IMG/VR virus record: IMGVR_UViG_3300020160_001966
Coordinates: 52,360 to 116,359 of that record
Direction: 5' to 3' (one strand)
Source: a virus
DNA: 64,000 nucleotides
Positions 59,444-64,000 of this stretch are shown piece after piece; position 1 is the first letter of the stretch, and each line of letters starts with the position of its first letter. Below the pieces are notes generated by a model that worked only from the letters and a program-made list of their open reading frames with translations, had not been told where the DNA came from and did no database searches. The translations under genes were made by a program, and so were the position numbers.

Positions 59444-59704
59444 TCAAGATTTATCTCCCTTTTTCCAAGATATTCTTTTAGAACTTTTTTTATTTTTTTT
59501 TCTGGAATTGCACATTGCTTTGGTTGGTCTACATGCTGGATAACTTCTTCTTTTTTCTCCTTCTTGTCTACCACAAGGTTTTCCTGTTTTACAATCAATC
59601 CAACCCTTTCCTTTATTTCTATCGAACCAACCCTTTAATCCTTTTTTCTTTTCACTTTCAAATTTTTCTAAAAGTATATTAACGTATGATTGGAAATTAT
59701 TCAT
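59444..59704 (-). CDS. Small basic Cys-containing protein with leader
   Basis: MNNFQSYVNILLEK; GL..WF....W.DCKTGKPCGR...YPACRP. Confidence 0.6.
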   Translation of the reverse strand: MNNFQSYVNILLEKFESEKKKGLKGWFDRNKGKGWIDCKTGKPCGRQEGEKRRSYPACRPTKAMCNSRKKNKKSSKRISWKKGDKS

Positions 59705-59889
59705 TTGCTTTTATTTCCCCAATTTTTAGCTCCAGCTTTTCTACATTTTACTAAAGCTCCTGATGCATAAGCACTTGGCCAAACTTTATATCTGGATTTT
59801 ACTTTTTTATAACAAGCGTCTTGTTTCTTTTTAGTTTTAGCCTCGTTTATAATTTGTTTACAAAGGTTGTCAAAATTTGAAATGCTCAT
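59701..59889 (-). CDS. Small basic protein with leader
   Basis: NFDNLCKQIINEA; DACYKKVKSRYKVWPSAYASGALVKCR; TATAAATA 59905-59912 (minus). Confidence 0.65.
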   Translation of the reverse strand: MSISNFDNLCKQIINEAKTKKKQDACYKKVKSRYKVWPSAYASGALVKCRKAGAKNWGNKSK

Positions 59890-59898
59890 ATTTTTTTA

Positions 59899-59926
59899 TT
59901 GAAATATTTATATTTTATACTATGAT
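59899..59926 (+). promoter_or_regulatory. Sigma70-type promoter overlapping a divergent late promoter
   Basis: TTGAAA-N16-TATGAT, 6 nt before ATG 59933. Confidence 0.5.
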
Positions 59927-59932
59927 TGAATA

Positions 59933-60154
59933 ATGAAAGTAAAGGATCTAATTGAAAAACTTCAAACGGAAGACCCCGAAATGAAAGTTGTAGTAACTGG
60001 TTATGAGTGCGGGTATGACGAATTGAAATACCTTAATAGGGTTGGTATATGTAAAAACTTAAAGAAAAAGGATAAATGGTGGGAGGGTGAGTATCACGAT
60101 GCCCCCACATCCGTTTCGGAAGAGATTGCTTTACTTTTACCTAGAACATCTTAA
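59933..60154 (+). CDS. Small conserved phage hypothetical protein
   Basis: MKVKDLIEKLQ..DP...VV..GYE.G. Confidence 0.55.
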   Translation: MKVKDLIEKLQTEDPEMKVVVTGYECGYDELKYLNRVGICKNLKKKDKWWEGEYHDAPTSVSEEIALLLPRTS

Positions 60155-60163
60155 ATTATTACT

Positions 60164-60298
60164 ATGTTTTATTTTATTATATCTTTTATCGGATCGGTTG
60201 CTCTCGTAACGGTTGCTTTTGTATTGATATTGATACATAATTACGCTAAAGCGGCAGAAGAAGAATATGAAAATAGTAAATATGACAGTTATGACTGA
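60164..60298 (+). CDS. 44-aa single-TM peptide, absent from ORF track
   Basis: MFLFIISFIGSVALVTVAFVLILIH... Confidence 0.4.
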   Translation: MFYFIISFIGSVALVTVAFVLILIHNYAKAAEEEYENSKYDSYD

Positions 60299-60306
60299 AA
60301 TTTATT

Positions 60307-60705
60307 ATGGCTAAATTTAAAAATATTATAATAACTCATGAATTTTTAGATTCTAATGAGGGAGCTTATTTTATATTTGGGGATAATTTGGTGAGAAGGG
60401 GTTATGGTGGTGCCGCGAAATTAAGAGATCATCCACATGCTTTGGGTTTTATTACTAAAAAATTTCCAGACAATGATGATTCATCTTTCTACAGACCTGA
60501 AGAATATAAATCTGTATTTTACGAGGAGTTGTATAAATTACACACTATTATAAAAAAATATCCAAATAGAATTTTTTATGTGTCTAAGTTAGGAGAAGGT
60601 TTGGCCAATAGATTTCAAATATGGGAAAATTTAATACAAAAAAATTTGTTAATTTTTTTGAAAAAGTTTGATAATGTAGTTTTTTGTTGGAATGAAGAAG
60701 AATAA
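60307..60705 (+). CDS. Macrodomain-like hypothetical protein
   Basis: FIFGDN...G.GGAA...G..TK...G.GLA. Confidence 0.5.
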   Translation: MAKFKNIIITHEFLDSNEGAYFIFGDNLVRRGYGGAAKLRDHPHALGFITKKFPDNDDSSFYRPEEYKSVFYEELYKLHTIIKKYPNRIFYVSKLGEGLANRFQIWENLIQKNLLIFLKKFDNVVFCWNEEE

Positions 60706-60994
60706 TTTTATGAAATACCAAAGAATTGATTTTCGTATTAACGACGAATGGATGAGTAGTTGTTTCGATGATCTTAATGAAGAGTGTAAAGATATTGTAA
60801 ATGATTTAATAAATTCTTCATTATCATGTCAACAATGGTCATATGATAAAAAACATTTATATTATACGAAAATTGTCGCTGTAACCTACGAGTTGGGTAG
60901 GAATAAAAAAAGAAACAAAATTTCTAAAATAATATCACGTTTAAAAGATAAATTTTTTTGTCTAGTATCTAGGCTTGTGGTTTATATACCTTAA
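60692..60994 (+). CDS. Hypothetical protein
   Basis: Open frame. Confidence 0.4.
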   Translation: MKKNNFMKYQRIDFRINDEWMSSCFDDLNEECKDIVNDLINSSLSCQQWSYDKKHLYYTKIVAVTYELGRNKKRNKISKIISRLKDKFFCLVSRLVVYIP

Positions 60995-60997
60995 TTT

Positions 60998-61273
60998 ATG
61001 TATTTCAATCTATCATTAAGAAATTTTTGCAAACCAAGAAAACAATTCGAAAAGTATTTTTCATTTTACAAACAACTTTCCAAATATAAAAACTTAGAAT
61101 TTGAAACATATTATTCAGGGTATGACATTTTTATATTTGAATTAGATTTTTGTCCAATTGCAAAAGATCATGGCGGGTTGATTATAAATTTAAATTTTTT
61201 GGGATTTGAAGGTAGTTTGAGAATATATGATTCCAGACATTGGGATTATAAAAATTGGTGCTGGGAAGAATAG
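60998..61273 (+). CDS. Hypothetical protein
   Basis: DHGG...YD.RHWD....CW. Confidence 0.5.
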   Translation: MYFNLSLRNFCKPRKQFEKYFSFYKQLSKYKNLEFETYYSGYDIFIFELDFCPIAKDHGGLIINLNFLGFEGSLRIYDSRHWDYKNWCWEE

Positions 61274-61275
61274 TC

Positions 61276-61303
61276 TTGACATTTTTTAAAAATATATTAA
61301 TAT
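61276..61303 (+). promoter_or_regulatory. Sigma70-type promoter
   Basis: TTGACA-N16-TAATAT, 7 nt before ATG 61311. Confidence 0.6.
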
Positions 61304-61310
61304 TGAATAT

Positions 61311-61817
61311 ATGAAATCAGAACTTGAGCTTGAGCTTGTAAAAAAATATCCAAAGATCCTCAGAGATTATAAGGGAGATAAAATGGAAACTTGTATGGCA
61401 TGGGGAATGGAGTGCGACGATGGCTGGTACGCAGTTCTAGACAAATGTATGGAGAAACTTCAATACTTTTGTGACCTTTGTACGAGTAGTGAAGAAGAAG
61501 TACAAGTAGTTGCAACACAAATTAAAGAGAAGTTTGGAACATTGTCTTTCTATACAAGCGTTTACGGTGCAAACAGCATTGAAAACAGTATTATAGACAA
61601 CATTATTGATGCAGCAGAAATAAAATCTGCTCATACCTGTGAAGTTACAGGTAAAGAAGGAACAGTTTGTAAAAGGGGAGGCTGGTATAGAACTTTATCT
61701 TACGAACAAGCTCGAAAAGATGGTTATGTTGCTTGTAACGAATCTACCGAAGCCTATTGGAAAGAAAAGGATGCAAAAGGAGAAAAGAACGATGATGATG
61801 AATCGGGAACAAATTGA
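61311..61817 (+). CDS. Conserved phage hypothetical protein
   Basis: GMEC.DGW, QIKEKFGTL.FY, TCE.TG. Confidence 0.6.
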   Translation: MKSELELELVKKYPKILRDYKGDKMETCMAWGMECDDGWYAVLDKCMEKLQYFCDLCTSSEEEVQVVATQIKEKFGTLSFYTSVYGANSIENSIIDNIIDAAEIKSAHTCEVTGKEGTVCKRGGWYRTLSYEQARKDGYVACNESTEAYWKEKDAKGEKNDDDESGTN

Positions 61818-62076
61818 AGAATATGCTTTTTATGAGTCGGGATTATCCGCTGATGGATGTTTGGATAAACTTGACGATTATGCTAAGAGTGCTATTCAAA
61901 GATATGGAAGACTTCTTATTGAGAAACAAACAGAAATTTCAAGAAAGCTTTATAGTGTTGCTTTGCAATTACAAGAAGTCTCTAAAACAAATATGGTAGT
62001 TGTAGTTGGTCCAAATTTTTATTCAGAATTAGTAGATGCTATTAAAATGTATGAAGAATATAATTCAATTTCTTGA
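61639..62076 (+). CDS. Hypothetical protein (true start probably the MMMNREQ run near 61790)
   Basis: Open frame; 5' part overlaps previous gene. Confidence 0.4.
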   Translation: MKLQVKKEQFVKGEAGIELYLTNKLEKMVMLLVTNLPKPIGKKRMQKEKRTMMMNREQIEEYAFYESGLSADGCLDKLDDYAKSAIQRYGRLLIEKQTEISRKLYSVALQLQEVSKTNMVVVVGPNFYSELVDAIKMYEEYNSIS

Positions 62077-62221
62077 AAAATTTTTGTTTTTCCTTGTTAT
62101 TCTCTTATTGATATTATCGGCTTTCGTTTTTAGTTACTTTATACAAAAACAAAGTCCATTGGACATGCAAGAATTGGAAGATATAGTAGAACAGGAATTA
62201 TTAGAAAGAGATAAAAATTAA
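62036..62221 (+). CDS. Small single-TM protein
   Basis: FLFFLVILLLILSAFVFSYF. Confidence 0.45.
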   Translation: MLLKCMKNIIQFLEKFLFFLVILLLILSAFVFSYFIQKQSPLDMQELEDIVEQELLERDKN

Positions 62222-62222
62222 C

Positions 62223-62666
62223 ATGAATAAAGAAAACTACACACCAGATGGAATGCATCCAGAAGATGCTATTTATAAAGTAAAAACATTTATTAATGAA
62301 CTCCAAAAAGTTCAGGAAAAATATTTCAATGAATTGGTAGATGATTTAAATATAGATAAAATCGGAGAAGAGTGGTTGTTTGATTACATATATAATGGTG
62401 ACGATGAATATGATGGCTTCGATCATTATATTGAAAAGTCTGGAAAAAAATATGATGATTTTATCATTAAAGATATATTATATAATCCATTAGAAACCTT
62501 CTCGTCTACAGACTTTGGAGAATTTAGTCCCATGATGCATATGAGTTCATATGATGCCGATATTGATACGACCTTTCCTACCGCTTTCAATGATAATGAA
62601 CCTATCTCTTTAGGTTTGGAAGAAATTAAATTCAAGGCTTCAGATGTATTGAAAAATGATCAATGA
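62223..62666 (+). CDS. Acidic hypothetical protein
   Basis: Open frame. Confidence 0.45.
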   Translation: MNKENYTPDGMHPEDAIYKVKTFINELQKVQEKYFNELVDDLNIDKIGEEWLFDYIYNGDDEYDGFDHYIEKSGKKYDDFIIKDILYNPLETFSSTDFGEFSPMMHMSSYDADIDTTFPTAFNDNEPISLGLEEIKFKASDVLKNDQ

Positions 62667-62919
62667 AATCACGAAATTAACCAGTGAGTGGTATTCTTTG
62701 ATTGGAAAGGATCACCATAAGGATAGGGACTGTCATTGGTATATAGAGACGAAATTTAGTTATGGGAAACCACCGAAGTATACCGTACAACACTGGGGAT
62801 ATATTCTCGATGAGATTGTAGAAGAATGTGCTTCTTATGATGAAGCACTAAAAAAGCTGAAAGAAATATTGGAAAAAGAGATAAAGGAATATATGTCTTA
62901 TGAAAGAGATGTTTGGTAA
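62656..62919 (+). CDS. Hypothetical protein
   Basis: DHHKDRDCHWYI...H.GYI. Confidence 0.5.
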   Translation: MINEITKLTSEWYSLIGKDHHKDRDCHWYIETKFSYGKPPKYTVQHWGYILDEIVEECASYDEALKKLKEILEKEIKEYMSYERDVW

Positions 62920-62922
62920 AAT

Positions 62923-63195
62923 ATGATTAAAGAATTACTATATCAAATTTCTGGATTGTTGATGACCTTTTGTTATTTGGTCTGTACAATACCACAAATT
63001 ATAAAAACAATCAAAACAAAATCTGCCAAAGATATATCAGTTAGTTCTTTGGGGTTAGTGGTTTCTGGTCATATGTTCTCTATCGTATATGCCACATTCG
63101 GTAGTAATAATATTTGGGTTTTTGTTTGTGCGTTTGGGGGTCTTTTGTCTGCTGTTACAATGTTAATTCTTTGGAATAACTACGGAAAAAAATAA
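62923..63195 (+). CDS. SemiSWEET/PQ-loop transporter
   Basis: 3 TM; PQIIKTIKTKSAKDIS signature. Confidence 0.8.
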   Translation: MIKELLYQISGLLMTFCYLVCTIPQIIKTIKTKSAKDISVSSLGLVVSGHMFSIVYATFGSNNIWVFVCAFGGLLSAVTMLILWNNYGKK

Positions 63196-63274
63196 TACAT
63201 TTGAGATGTAATCATAATTTATTCTATAAAAATAGAAATGTTGTATAAATATTTTATAGAAATATTTTATATAT

Positions 63275-64000
63275 ATGAGAATATCTTTAATTGCACCGAA
63301 TGTAAATGGTATATACGAAATTAATTGTGGAACTTCAACACCAACAATAAGCGGTTTTGTAAATATTACAGATTTTCCAAATTTAAATAGCTTTATTTGC
63401 AAAGATAATGATATTGAAGGTTTTACTGTTTCAACTACAAAATTGTTTTTAACCCTTCTTACGTTATCTGGTAACAAACTTTATGGAAATTTTGATGCAA
63501 ATAATATACCAAATATTAGATTCTTAAACATTTCAAATAATTCCATATCAGCAATCGATACATCTTCGAATTTAAACAGTTTAGTCGATATAACAGCGAG
63601 ATTTAACCAATTTAAAAATAATTTTAGTATAACAAAATTTCCAAACTTAACTAGTTTAGATTTATATTGGAATGGATTAACAGCATTTCCAATATTTTCT
63701 GTAGGAAATAAAATCGAAACTTTAAATTTGTATTATAATCCAATTGTTGGGGATTGCGATTTGAGTTTAGTTCCAAATATTAAAGATATCGATGTCCAAT
63801 ATAATTATAACACAAGACTTACAAATTACGGACCTTTGACTGGTATTGAAGTTATTAATGCTAGAGATACTCTTATAACTGGTTTAGAAACTCTCACTAA
63901 TAAACCAAACATAAGAGTAATAAACTTTGCTGCTAGTACTAGTAATAGATACATTTCTTTAACTGGACAATTCCCTCTTGATCTATCAAATTTAACAAAG
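63275..64000 (+). CDS. Leucine-rich-repeat protein, 3' truncated, absent from ORF track
   Basis: Frame open from ATG 63275: FPNLNSFICKDN, LTLSGNKLYG, FLNISNNSI, PNLTSLDLYWN, LTGQFPLDLSNLT; TATAAATA at 63244-63251. Confidence 0.75.
   Translation, partial: MRISLIAPNVNGIYEINCGTSTPTISGFVNITDFPNLNSFICKDNDIEGFTVSTTKLFLTLLTLSGNKLYGNFDANNIPNIRFLNISNNSISAIDTSSNLNSLVDITARFNQFKNNFSITKFPNLTSLDLYWNGLTAFPIFSVGNKIETLNLYYNPIVGDCDLSLVPNIKDIDVQYNYNTRLTNYGPLTGIEVINARDTLITGLETLTNKPNIRVINFAASTSNRYISLTGQFPLDLSNLTK

Noticed and set aside
616-63477. Numerous 60-130 aa antisense or alternate-frame ORFs in the track (e.g. 1645, 5623, 8612, 30354, 41064, 47547, 63163)
   Set aside because: Shadow ORFs opposite well-supported genes, with no motifs or promoters.
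1-64000. Stop-codon reassignment
   Set aside because: Core genes (gp43, gp20, gp41, uvsW) are full length in the standard code, and TAA, TAG and TGA all act as stops.
1-64000. CRISPR array, tRNA genes, DGR
   Set aside because: No regularly spaced repeats in intergenic DNA, no recognisable tRNA T-loop/anticodon arms, and no reverse transcriptase; intergenic gaps are very short.

Overview
AT-rich, gene-dense 64-kb segment of a T4-like (Tevenvirinae/Kyanoviridae-like, probably uncultured) myophage genome in standard genetic code. It carries T4 core replication/recombination genes (uvsY, uvsW, 55, 47, 46, 43, uvsX, 41, 59-like, 32, 45-like, 61, 62), morphogenesis genes (portal 20, neck 14, tail completion 15, GroES-like, T2-type fibre plus gp38-like adhesin) and many accessory genes (fucosyl-/glycosyltransferases, ATE-like aminoacyl transferase, methyltransferase, three 2OG-Fe(II) oxygenases, ABC-GNAT fusion, deaminases, RNA ligase plus phosphoesterase, SemiSWEET, YczE, LRR protein). 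The main pattern beyond gene annotation: about 20 unrelated, mostly late-promoter-driven ORFs begin with a shared N-terminal peptide ending in (I/L/V)-x-E, resembling the T4 capsid-targeting/prohead-protease signal. This suggests a large head-packaged cargo set including two wall hydrolases, a protease, a nuclease and basic core proteins. Both late (TAAATA) and sigma70-type (TTGAnn-N16-TAnnnT) promoter motifs sit only about 5-8 nt from start codons, implying near-leaderless mRNAs. One deaminase gene is split at an A10 run. No tRNA, CRISPR array, intron or intein was recognised. All family assignments come from motif recognition by eye, with no database searches.
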